This document shows, piece after piece, positions 28,736 through 38,405 of a stretch of DNA of 49,955 nt. The stretch lies in assembly GCA_048938005.1 (NCBI GenBank), contig JBHLMQ010000020.1, forward strand, positions 1-49,955, given 5' to 3'. The DNA comes from Promethearchaeota archaeon. Lineage in GTDB: Archaea > Asgardarchaeota > Lokiarchaeia > Sigyniarchaeales > SOKP01. Made by a program: the position numbers and the translations under genes. Below the pieces are notes generated by a model. That model saw only the letters and a program-made list of their open reading frames with translations. It did not search any database and was not told the origin of the DNA. Positions within the stretch are counted from its first letter, which is position 1. Each line of letters opens with the position of its first letter.

Positions 28736-29944
28736 TTATAGGAATAAGTTAATCAATGGAAGTAATTGTTCCTTGAAGTAATCTATTTTTCCTTCTAACA
28801 AATCAGGATTTTGAGAAAGCATCCACAGATAAACAGGAATCTGCAATTCTGAATATTCAAATAATTTTTCACCCCGAATTGTAAATCCATTAAGCGGTAA
28901 ATCTAGTCTTATTGACTTTTCTCTTATTAAACCTATTGAATTATAAAAGTTTGAAAGCGTTTGTAGTAATAATGCTGTATTATTTACTAGCATTTCATCG
29001 GTATCTGATCCCGTATAATTTCCAAAAATTAAACCATCCATGGATACTAAACTTGATGCTTTTGCTTCTACTTGATGCGTAAACTCTTCGAGTATATTCT
29101 CAACTATTTCAGATGTTTCAGATACTTTCTTTAATGCAATACTGAACATTTGCATTATAGTTTCTCTCTGAAAAATTGTTGTATCGCAATAATCGGTTGA
29201 GAACTCTTCAAATTCACTGGCAATACTATTGAATTTGTTTTTTATATTAGAGACATTTTGTTGCCATTGGAGAGTCTTCCGCACATCCTGATCACTTTTA
29301 CTTAAAACAATTAGGACTGAAGGTTTTTCATGCAGATCTTCTAAAACTTTTAATACTTCTCGAAAATAATTAGCTGCTTCAGGTATTCTATCTGGATCCT
29401 GTGTGTCAACAACATATATCATAATATCAGCTTCGGTGAAAAATAATTCTGGTCTATTAAAATAGAGCTTCTCTCGATATTGTACTTGCCCTCCAAGGTC
29501 CCAGCTTATAATTGGGTACCCGAAAAAGTCCAATTTCTCTCTTTTTACACCCCTTGTAGGAAGTAGAGATTTAATTATTGAAAATTTATCCTGAACAACA
29601 GCTAAGATCGATGTCTTCCCTCCATTATCCAAACCTATCATTAAAAGCTTTTTATGACGTTTCATTTGCTCTCTAACATTATTTTGTATAACCTGAGCAA
29701 TCTTTACCCATTTTAACAGCATATTTGGAAGAATTTCTTTAATCTCAGGGAGATTTGAGACAGACAAATTAGCTAAATCACTAATTGTTTTTATTCCTTC
29801 ATCTGATAAGTTATCGGAACTAACTTTATCAATACCTATCAGTGTATCTGGTTTAAATCTTAAAACTTCTTCAATTTCATTTATTAGAACGTTACGTTTA
29901 AAGAAATCTTTAATAGCCGTACTTTTACTACCTTTTTCTGACAT
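28736..29944 (-). CDS. HhH + Rag/Arf-like small GTPase + roadblock fusion protein
   Basis: G1 GLDNGGKTS, G2 PT, G3 WDLGGQ, IYVVDTQD, G4 SKSD, G5 TTIF; C-terminal LVSMDGLIF roadblock-like segment; N-terminal IGI..L..EGIKTI.DLA. Confidence 0.85.
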   Translation of the reverse strand: MSEKGSKSTAIKDFFKRNVLINEIEEVLRFKPDTLIGIDKVSSDNLSDEGIKTISDLANLSVSNLPEIKEILPNMLLKWVKIAQVIQNNVREQMKRHKKLLMIGLDNGGKTSILAVVQDKFSIIKSLLPTRGVKREKLDFFGYPIISWDLGGQVQYREKLYFNRPELFFTEADIMIYVVDTQDPDRIPEAANYFREVLKVLEDLHEKPSVLIVLSKSDQDVRKTLQWQQNVSNIKNKFNSIASEFEEFSTDYCDTTIFQRETIMQMFSIALKKVSETSEIVENILEEFTHQVEAKASSLVSMDGLIFGNYTGSDTDEMLVNNTALLLQTLSNFYNSIGLIREKSIRLDLPLNGFTIRGEKLFEYSELQIPVYLWMLSQNPDLLEGKIDYFKEQLLPLINLFL

Positions 29945-30143
29945 TACGCATCAAAATTTTTATCAATTATCATTTTACTTTAAAAAAAGTATTATTAAAT
30001 ATATATTAGTTTGTAAAAAAAAACTTTATCTAATTGAACCAGTATTAATTAATTAGTAATTAATAAACATTTAAAAATCGATTGAATCAAAAAGCTCATT
30101 TAATGTACTTTAAATAATATATCCTCCTCATAGTTTAAATAAA

Positions 30144-31349
30144 ATGTCAGAGAACAGAATACCTGAAAATCTTGTCATTTGCATAGATACATCAAGATCG
30201 ATGTTTAAAAAAGATTTCACACCTAATCGATTGACTTGTTGTATTTCTGCCGCAAAAACATTGATAAAAGAGAGATTTTATTTAGATAGTTTAAGTGCAT
30301 TTGCAATAATAAAATTCTCTGATAAAGGAAAGAAGATTATAGATTTTACCACTTCAGGTTTTGTAGATAATCTCAATGAAGCGTTAAATGGTCTACCGTG
30401 TGGAGGGTACTCTGCTATAGGTGATGCGTTGGCATTATCCATCAAAACTTTGATTGCAGAACTACGTAAAATTGGTGCCAAAACTCCTCGAATAATATTA
30501 ATGTCTGATGGAAATTATATGAGGACTGTCGCTGATCCAATAAAGATGGCTCGTCTTGCTCAAGGATTAAGTATAAGAATTGACACTCTTAGTATTGGAA
30601 AAGCAAGGCAAGATAATGTATTAAAGAGAATAAGCGATATTACAGGTGGACGATATTTTTATAATAATGATATTGAATCTCTAATTACATCAGCAAAAGA
30701 AATTGCTGATGATAATCTTAAAACTTATGGTACCGAAAAAAAAAATCTTATAGAAAACGCTGCTTTCCTTAGGAAAATTGCTGCAAATCTATTGAGAGTT
30801 CAAGATCTAACCAAAGATCAAGAACAACGAATAAAACAAATAAGAGGAGAAGCAGATTTTAAAAAATGTTCTATATGTTTTTCTGATCAAAATCCATATA
30901 CTAAAGGCTCATTTTATGTTACAGGGAGATATTGCCCAAATTGCACTACTCCGTTTCATATACATTGTTTAGCAGCATGGGCAGATTCTCAAAAAGAACA
31001 TCAAGTAAGAAGGTCAGGAACAGCTAGATGTCCACATTGTTTCTATCTTTTAAAAATACCTATAGAAGTTACTCAAATTCAAAAATTACGTGTCCTCACG
31101 AAAGGATTAAAACATGATACTGCTCAAAAACCTGAAATTATGCCAGCGCAATATTTTCAAGATATTGCTATACTCGGAGAGGAAGCTCTTTTTAATGCAT
31201 GTCCCGTTTGTCATTTTATTTTTGAGAAAGGTCAATCTGCAGTTCGATGCGGTAATCTCCAATGTAATACTCTTTATCATGAAGAATGTTTTAAGAAATT
31301 AAAAGAAAGCCATTGCAAAAATTGTGATGTGAAGTTGCATCTTTATTAA
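30144..31349 (+). CDS. vWA domain protein (Ssl1/p44- or Rpn10-like) with two C4HC3 RING-type fingers
   Basis: ICIDTSRSM..DFTPNRL, LMSDG, ITGGRYF; finger 1 CSIC..CPNC..HIHC..W..CPHC; finger 2 CPVC..CGNLQC..HEEC..CKNC. Confidence 0.85.
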   Translation: MSENRIPENLVICIDTSRSMFKKDFTPNRLTCCISAAKTLIKERFYLDSLSAFAIIKFSDKGKKIIDFTTSGFVDNLNEALNGLPCGGYSAIGDALALSIKTLIAELRKIGAKTPRIILMSDGNYMRTVADPIKMARLAQGLSIRIDTLSIGKARQDNVLKRISDITGGRYFYNNDIESLITSAKEIADDNLKTYGTEKKNLIENAAFLRKIAANLLRVQDLTKDQEQRIKQIRGEADFKKCSICFSDQNPYTKGSFYVTGRYCPNCTTPFHIHCLAAWADSQKEHQVRRSGTARCPHCFYLLKIPIEVTQIQKLRVLTKGLKHDTAQKPEIMPAQYFQDIAILGEEALFNACPVCHFIFEKGQSAVRCGNLQCNTLYHEECFKKLKESHCKNCDVKLHLY

Positions 31350-31467
31350 ATAACTGACCTTTTTAGCTCGTTCAAAATCTTCTCTAGAATAGTCACCTCG
31401 AAAACAATCTTCAATGAATTTGAGGATATTTCATCGAAATCTATGAATAGATTATATAAACTACCTT

Positions 31468-31716
31468 TTACTTTTTTCCTAATTTCATATTAATATCTAT
31501 TTCAGAGATCAAATAGCATAATACATCGTAATTTGGACCAGAAAAAAATATTTCTGCTGCTTTTTCTCTTATTCTCTCTTTTTGATTATATTGTGGGTCT
31601 CTTTGAACAAGTAATTGTCTTTCAGCAAGCATCCAGCACAATTTATCATAAGTATAACCTTTTTGTGCTAGATAGTATGCCGCAATATTAATATTTGAAA
31701 TTTTATCATCATTCAT
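31468..31716 (-). CDS. Small DUF2934-like helical protein with internal duplication
   Basis: INIAAYYLAQKG..YDKLCWMLAE is repeated as IREKAAEIF..G..YDVLCYLISE. Confidence 0.6.
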   Translation of the reverse strand: MNDDKISNINIAAYYLAQKGYTYDKLCWMLAERQLLVQRDPQYNQKERIREKAAEIFFSGPNYDVLCYLISEIDINMKLGKK

Positions 31717-31962
31717 TTTCTTGCATTTTTATTTCTCAGTTTATTTGAATTTTTTAATATTCAAATAATTAATAGTTTTCAGACATTTAATTTCTATATA
31801 AAAATTAAGTTAATTTAGAAGAATATTATAAGCTTGGCTGAAATCTATATATTCATAGAAATACGAAAAATTTGGTAAAAATAACCGAATCTTTAAAAAT
31901 CAAGCAGATTAAATAGTATTTCATTCCTATTCTAACTATAATATTTAACTGATGATCTAAAA

Positions 31963-32847
31963 ATGGATGGTTCTGAATATTATTCTTACGGGAATATAAA
32001 ATTAGGAAGAGGAAATTTTGAATTACCACCTATACTAATTGGTACTATTTTTTATCAGAATGAAACTATTGTAGATAGGAAGAATACTGAAAAATTTAAT
32101 GAGCAAAAAGCTAAGAAACGCATCGAAACCCATTTTTCATTGTCTCAAAAATACAAAATTCCAAATTTAATAGAAATTTCAGCTGTTGAACCTAAAGCAA
32201 TGGTAAAATATCTGGAGTTTTATCTAGACCTTTTTGAACCTCCATTTGTTTTAGGAGGTAATTTTGAAGCTAGAGTAGCCGGAATCCAATATCTTACGGA
32301 ACATGATATTAAACCAGATCAGTATATATATAATACAATTTCGAATCTAAAAAACAAGAGAGAATTAGAAATAATAAAGAAATATAAAATAAATTCTGTT
32401 GTGATTTTAATTCTTGGCTCAGAAAATATGACTTCAACCCAAAGATATGCGTATCTTATTGAGAAAAATCAACCTAATAATGAGAATATAATTGATGGAT
32501 TAAGAAATTTGGGTGTTCAAAAATTCTGGATTGATGGTGGTGTTATAAATCTAGAAAGCTTAGCACATATATTAGAAACTCAACAATTAATTAGTAAATC
32601 ATTAAAATTTCCTGTTGGTACTGCCCCAAATCTCTTTCTTTTTCAATATTCTTCACCGCGCTTAAATATTAAATTCCATACCCGCTATAGAAGAGCTAGT
32701 ATCATGTTCATTGCAACTTGGTTTTCCAACTTCATTTTCTATGGAGCAATTGAAGATGCCAAAGAATCATTTGCATCAGCTCATCAATCAATAGAATTCA
32801 GAGATATCATAAAAAGCAGAAATATTAAGCTCTTTAAACAATTTTAG
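31963..32847 (+). CDS. mtrH: Tetrahydromethanopterin methyltransferase subunit H-like protein
   Basis: PPILIGTIFY..IV..F...KA, ARVAG, IYNTI, PVGTAP.N, F.FYG.IE; divergent and standalone. Confidence 0.65.
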   Translation: MDGSEYYSYGNIKLGRGNFELPPILIGTIFYQNETIVDRKNTEKFNEQKAKKRIETHFSLSQKYKIPNLIEISAVEPKAMVKYLEFYLDLFEPPFVLGGNFEARVAGIQYLTEHDIKPDQYIYNTISNLKNKRELEIIKKYKINSVVILILGSENMTSTQRYAYLIEKNQPNNENIIDGLRNLGVQKFWIDGGVINLESLAHILETQQLISKSLKFPVGTAPNLFLFQYSSPRLNIKFHTRYRRASIMFIATWFSNFIFYGAIEDAKESFASAHQSIEFRDIIKSRNIKLFKQF

Positions 32848-32968
32848 TAAAGATAAACATTAACTTTTTATTTTAAAGATGTATAGAATTATAGATTTGA
32901 TAAAAATCTATTAATGATAAGGTTTTAATATCTTAATTAAGATTATGTAAATTGTAAAGAAATTTTAA

Positions 32969-34156
32969 TTGAATCAGTTATCTACTAAATGGCTAATTAC
33001 CAAGGAGCAAAAAAGTATGATAAATAATCGCTATAATGATGAGAAAGAGCTGGAGGCTATAAGATTAATAGACCAAGCAGAAATTCTTGCAGATCGTGGA
33101 AAAGGAAAAGAAGCAATCATATTCTACGAAAAAGCAGCCTCAATTTACCTTGACCTTGGAAGTTATATCAAATTAGATGAATTATATATTAGAATTGCTC
33201 AAATAATCTCGAGATTTAAAAATAATATTCAAGCGGTTTATAGATTGAAATCTATAGTTAGAAAGACTGAACAATTAAAACTAAATGAGGTTTCTGCTAA
33301 ATTATTGATACAATTAGGTAATATCTCTTTTAACATGCATGACTGGGAAACGGCAGGTGAATCTTGGCAAAAGGCTTCAGATTATTTATTTGAAACTGAT
33401 CCAGAGGAGTATAATAATTTGTCTTCTGTACTTCTTTTAAAAGCAGGGCAAGCTTTTGAACGATCGAGGATTAAAAAAGACGAAGGTAAGCGTTTGATAT
33501 TAAAGGCTGTTATGAAGATACATAAATTTGATGAGCTTTATGAATTAGAGGAAAAAAGGGCATTAAATTTATTATTAAGAAAAGAATTCGAAGCTTCTGC
33601 CAAAAAATTTTATGATATTGCTACGTATTTTAGAAAAGCATTGGATGATTTAGGGAATATCATTGATGAAGAAGAATCAAAAGAGACTATGCTTAATGCT
33701 AAAGCTCGGTTCATTCATTTTGTTGCAGAATATCAGACTGTTTCAGCCTTATGTTTGAGAGCATCTGAAGATCGTGCTTTTAACGAGAGGATTAAGAAAT
33801 TAGGAAATGAATCTCTTGAACTTTTTAAAGAATCAATTTCCATGCTTAAATCATATCTTTTTCCAATGAATTCGGATTTTGATCATGAAGTCGTTTTGAG
33901 AATTACATTTGATACTATGTTAATAGCAATTATTCTAGGAATGTTAGGGACAAATCAAATTAATCCAATTGATTACCTATTGGAAAATATTGAGAAGAAT
34001 AAAGCCTTAATAAAAAAATTAAAAGAATCTCCCTATTACAAAATAACCAAAAGGATAGAAAAATTAGGAATTAGAGAGTCTTTTGACGACCTTTTGAAGA
34101 CACATTTAGGGCATTTTGAGATTATTAAAAATACACTTATTTCTTATTTCCAATAA
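32969..34156 (+). CDS. Alpha-SNAP-like TPR/solenoid protein (likely start ATG 33017)
   Basis: Repeated A..Y/W.KA...Y/F helices (YEKAASIY, AGESWQKASDYL, KAGQAFE, SAKKFYDIATYF); AGGAG SD before 33017. Confidence 0.65.
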   Translation: MNQLSTKWLITKEQKSMINNRYNDEKELEAIRLIDQAEILADRGKGKEAIIFYEKAASIYLDLGSYIKLDELYIRIAQIISRFKNNIQAVYRLKSIVRKTEQLKLNEVSAKLLIQLGNISFNMHDWETAGESWQKASDYLFETDPEEYNNLSSVLLLKAGQAFERSRIKKDEGKRLILKAVMKIHKFDELYELEEKRALNLLLRKEFEASAKKFYDIATYFRKALDDLGNIIDEEESKETMLNAKARFIHFVAEYQTVSALCLRASEDRAFNERIKKLGNESLELFKESISMLKSYLFPMNSDFDHEVVLRITFDTMLIAIILGMLGTNQINPIDYLLENIEKNKALIKKLKESPYYKITKRIEKLGIRESFDDLLKTHLGHFEIIKNTLISYFQ

Positions 34157-34205
34157 TTAACTTTTTAATTAATTTCCAAGTCTCTCTTTTTACACTCTAA
34201 CTGAA

Positions 34206-35255
34206 TCAAATTGCTTCAGCACCAACTGTTTTTATTAGCCTTTTAATTTCTTCATCCGTTTTGGCAAAAACACCTACATTGCCTATTTGTATTTGTTTTA
34301 TACCAATTTCTTTTACAACTTTATATGTTTCTAAGATCTCATCCAAATATGGTGAACGATACGATTTTAGCTTATATTGTGGAAAAAAAGCTAAAATATG
34401 AAATGGAATGTTCTCATCTAATTCTACAATTAATTCAGCGATTTTCTCAAATTGATCTACTTCTATCAATTTAGGGATATAAACCGTGAGAATTTCTAAA
34501 ACAAAATTCCTTTTTAAAATTTCTTTTGGTGAATTAAGGACTGTTTTATTAGAAGTACCACACAATTTTTTATATATATCTTCATCAAAAGCTTTAATAT
34601 CAAGCCAATATGAATCTAAACCTGCTTTTTGAAGCAAATCTAAATTCTTTGGAGTTAATCCATATCCATTTGTTTCTAATAAGACCCATAGATTTCTACA
34701 CCTATGTTTTATCTTCTTAGTCACTTCTGCATAAAACTCTGCTTGACAAGCGATATCGCCCCCTGTGAATGCCACTATATTTCTTGCAGGACCAAAGCCT
34801 TGAGGACCTAATACAATTTTATCTTTTGAGACTTTATTAGGACATAAAGGACTCCTCTTATTAAAAATTACACAGGAGCCACAATGTTTGCATAAATCAT
34901 TAGCATAATACATTAAAGCGCGCTCCCTTGGTTCATATATAGTCACAAATTCTTCATATTTTCTACATTCTTCAGCAATTTCATCTGTTGAATACCATTC
35001 ACCATTAAAATATTTTGAGAATTCCCAAGAATGGCATTTTAGACAACTATGATTGCACCCTGATTGGTAAATTGAGAAATAATCTTCTGGTCGTGATAAA
35101 TGCATCGCAGATATTACGCGGTAATACTGTTCATTTTCAATTTTCAAAGTGGCTTTACATGCAGTTTGTACTTTACCATTTTTCAGAATAACTTCACAAG
35201 CTCCTTTATTATAACCCTGTTTTACCATTTTGCATAATTCATATGTTTCTTCCAT
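34206..35255 (-). CDS. Radical SAM protein, PFL-activating-enzyme-like with extra Cys motifs
   Basis: GCNHSCLKCH, AFTGGD, LETNG, DIKA; additional CKHCGSC segment. Confidence 0.85.
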   Translation of the reverse strand: MEETYELCKMVKQGYNKGACEVILKNGKVQTACKATLKIENEQYYRVISAMHLSRPEDYFSIYQSGCNHSCLKCHSWEFSKYFNGEWYSTDEIAEECRKYEEFVTIYEPRERALMYYANDLCKHCGSCVIFNKRSPLCPNKVSKDKIVLGPQGFGPARNIVAFTGGDIACQAEFYAEVTKKIKHRCRNLWVLLETNGYGLTPKNLDLLQKAGLDSYWLDIKAFDEDIYKKLCGTSNKTVLNSPKEILKRNFVLEILTVYIPKLIEVDQFEKIAELIVELDENIPFHILAFFPQYKLKSYRSPYLDEILETYKVVKEIGIKQIQIGNVGVFAKTDEEIKRLIKTVGAEAI

Positions 35256-35533
35256 AATAATTTTCTTTAAAATTGATAATTATAAAAATTTAAAACTATC
35301 ATCTAACATGCTTTATAATTTTTATTTAAAAATGCATAAAACCCTAAAATATTCACAACTGTGGCAAAACCGAAAACTTTAAATATGCTATATAGAATTA
35401 ACAAAAAACTTAAATATTCTTAACATATATGTGTAATTAATTAATAAATTTATATTTAAAGAGAATTTGAGAAAAAATTCTCGGTGATTTTTCTAATTTT
35501 TTTTAATAAAAGAAAATTAAGTTGATATAAAGT

Positions 35534-37117
35534 TTGAAGATATTATATGTAAATCCTTCGCGTATCAAATCTGGACTTGATGCAATTATTAAGGGCCCGC
35601 CTCTTAACCTAATATCAATTGCAGCTATGGTACCAGAGCATGATGCCGAAATATTCGATTTTAAAGTTCAGAAATATAAAGAAAAAAGATTTCGCAATAT
35701 TTTAAACCAGTCTGACATCGTTGCTATTACTAGTATGACACCTCAAATTGGTCACGCATTTGAGGTAGCTGAAATGGCTAAAGAACGGGGGTGTACTACC
35801 ATTTTGGGGGGATATCATCCAACCTTAGCTCCTGAATTTGTAACAAAGCATCCTTCGGTAGATTATACTATTCGGGGTGAAGGTGAACACACATTTCGAG
35901 AATTGATAACTTTCTTAGATAGAAATAAAAATCAAATGACTTTAAGAGATATTAATGGCCTTTCTTATAAAAATAAAGATGGAAAAGTGATCCATAACAA
36001 AGAAAGGAGATTAGAGCCAAATCTAGATAATTTTCCATTGCCTAGAAGAGATCTTCTGGATGATAAAAAATATGTATATTTAGGGGCAAGAGTAGCTCAA
36101 CTCGAATCCTCACGAGGGTGCCCACATAATTGCAAATTCTGTTGCATTACAAAAATGTGGAGAAATTCTGAGCAACCTGTTATTTATCGTACAAAATCAA
36201 TTAAGCGAATTATGAAAGAAGTGTATGATATTGACTGGCATAATGATTTTATTTTCTTCTGTGAGGATAATTTCACAATTAAAATAAAGAGAACCAAAAA
36301 AATTCTTGAAACTTTAATTCATTCAGGAGTCCCTAATAAAATTTATTTTTCTTGCCAATCTAGGGTTGATACTTTATATCGAAATCAATGGCTGATTGAC
36401 CTTATGCATAAAGCAGGCATAAGACAAGTATTTCTTGGTATAGAATCAGTTCATCAACAGAGCCTTGATGCAATGAATAAGAGAAATACTACTCCTGCTA
36501 TGGTCCGAAAAGTTGTATCTCTGCTCCAAGATCGTGGAATATCAATTTTCGGAGGAATTATTATTGGATTTCCGGGAGAAACAAAAAGAATGGTAAGAGA
36601 AAACATTCAATTTGCACGTTCTCTTAATATGACATGTGTCCAATTCACGCCTATAACTGCATTTCCGGGAACTGAATTTTACAATGAAATGGCGGAAAAA
36701 AATATGATTACTAGCAGTAATTACAAACATTATGACTTATTTCATCCTATGATGCGAACAGAACAATTAACTAATATTGAACTTTATCGATTAGTTGCAG
36801 AAGCCTACTCTGCTTATTATCTTAGCAAGGGATGGCTTAAGATGCTTGCAAAAAGATATTGTAATCCATTTGGTAAATTCAATTGGATGGGTCGAAATGT
36901 CCCTCGATTTGTTAAAACATGTATCGTGAATGGTGTAGAAATGCTCCACACAATGGGGATGACAAGTTCAATAATCTCTGATGAAATGAAAGAAATAATG
37001 GCACAAGCGAAAGCTGGGAAACCCTCTATTACTAACGAAGTTGAAAATAAAGAAAAATTGTCAGAGTTAATCCCTCTTGGTAAAAATATGAAAAAATTAG
37101 TAAAAGCTACTAATTAA
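35534..37117 (+). CDS. Class B (cobalamin-binding) radical SAM enzyme
   Basis: GGYHPT, RGEGE, SRGCPHNCKFC, EDNF, RVD, GIES, IIGFPGET, PITAFPGT. Confidence 0.9.
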   Translation: MKILYVNPSRIKSGLDAIIKGPPLNLISIAAMVPEHDAEIFDFKVQKYKEKRFRNILNQSDIVAITSMTPQIGHAFEVAEMAKERGCTTILGGYHPTLAPEFVTKHPSVDYTIRGEGEHTFRELITFLDRNKNQMTLRDINGLSYKNKDGKVIHNKERRLEPNLDNFPLPRRDLLDDKKYVYLGARVAQLESSRGCPHNCKFCCITKMWRNSEQPVIYRTKSIKRIMKEVYDIDWHNDFIFFCEDNFTIKIKRTKKILETLIHSGVPNKIYFSCQSRVDTLYRNQWLIDLMHKAGIRQVFLGIESVHQQSLDAMNKRNTTPAMVRKVVSLLQDRGISIFGGIIIGFPGETKRMVRENIQFARSLNMTCVQFTPITAFPGTEFYNEMAEKNMITSSNYKHYDLFHPMMRTEQLTNIELYRLVAEAYSAYYLSKGWLKMLAKRYCNPFGKFNWMGRNVPRFVKTCIVNGVEMLHTMGMTSSIISDEMKEIMAQAKAGKPSITNEVENKEKLSELIPLGKNMKKLVKATN

Positions 37118-37270
37118 TCAAAATCAATATTGAATTAATTAGCATCTCGATTTTAAATTGTTAAAAAAATATTATTTACTATTAATTATAATGAAAATAG
37201 AATCAAAAAAGCACAGATTAAAATTTTAAATAACTCAATATTAAAGCCTTATCTTAAAAGATTAGAATGA

Positions 37271-37639
37271 TCAAAACTTTATAACAAGTTTATTGAACTT
37301 TAACCGGCTGATCTTCCTCACTCCATGATCACCAGAAGCATAATCGCAAATAATTAACCCTGCTTCCTCAAGTTTCTTAATTTGAGCTGATATATTTGCT
37401 TCAGTCATTGATAAATTAGCCGCGATATTTGAAACATCCATCGGTTCTTCTTGAATGTGATGGAGTATTTGGCGCCTTGTTTTTGAGGATAAGGCTTTAA
37501 CAATTCTTTCAATTTGCTCATCTGAATCTACAGATATAGATTCAGTTTTATTTTGCAAACTAGCTTCTAAAATGCCGGTTTGTGAAATCTCCATAACTTT
37601 TTTTCCAACCCTTAAATTAAATTTTGCTTTTATATACAA
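37271..37639 (-). CDS. ArsR family winged-helix regulator (likely start ATG 37594)
   Basis: KALSSKTRRQIL..MDVSNIA..L.MTEANISAQIKKLEEAGLI. Confidence 0.85.
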   Translation of the reverse strand: MYIKAKFNLRVGKKVMEISQTGILEASLQNKTESISVDSDEQIERIVKALSSKTRRQILHHIQEEPMDVSNIAANLSMTEANISAQIKKLEEAGLIICDYASGDHGVRKISRLKFNKLVIKF

Positions 37640-37878
37640 GAAATTTATGTACTTTTATGCTTTTAAGTCTTTCAACTTTCAAATCCTCTAAAATTGTATA
37701 TTCATTTGCTTACAATAATTACTAAGATTACTTATATTTCTTTTGATATAGAAAATATTGAAATTTAGGTTTTGTTTCAAAAATGCATTATATTAAATAA
37801 CTAACCATTTAATAAAAATAGATCAACAACAAAAATTTGATTTTTTAATATAATAGCTTTATTGGTTAATATTCTATG

Positions 37879-37910
37879 TTATTGCCAAAATTTTTTAGGA
37901 TTGGCAATAA
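37879..37910. promoter_or_regulatory. Perfect 10-bp inverted repeat in the divergent ArsR/RHH intergenic region
   Basis: TTATTGCCAA-N12-TTGGCAATAA. Confidence 0.4.
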
Positions 37911-38405
37911 TTTTCAACTGAAATTCTTTAAACTCAAACAATTTTAATGATCAAGAAATTTTATCATTTTTTATATAATAATTCGGAATTTTTTAGTTAA
38001 ATTAAAAATTTGATATTTTTAATGTCTGTTGATATATTTAACAAATTTTTAATTTTTTGTCAAAATCTTATTTTAAAAATCTCGTTTCATAATTGATTAA
38101 TATAAAAATATAATTACTTTTTTAATAAATAGAACAATAATATTCCCTCAAAATGAGATAAAGTTGAATAATCTCATGAAAAATCTGGAAAGATCTTTAA
38201 AATGATCTTATAGAATAAAAAGTATTAACTTAGTTTCAGTTATTTTTGATTTAATTTACGTATTTAATGGAATTGGATATTTTGTTAATATTAGAAATCA
38301 CAATTATTGAAAAAAACAATCATTAATATACTAAAGTTACTTATATTACTTAAGATATATACTAAATACAAATATTACTAATAAAATAATGGGAGATAAT
38401 CATAA

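Noticed and set aside
34206-35255. Radical SAM gene as the partner of the MEMO1 gene (AmmeMemoRadiSam system)
   Set aside because: It is about 31 kb from MEMO1, no AMMECR1 gene is in view, and its sequence has a different Cys insertion.
7374-37639. Selenocysteine readthrough at TGA-terminated ORFs (7811, 17570, 34206, 37271)
   Set aside because: The TGAs fall at expected C-termini, no conserved Cys position is replaced, and I saw no convincing SECIS.
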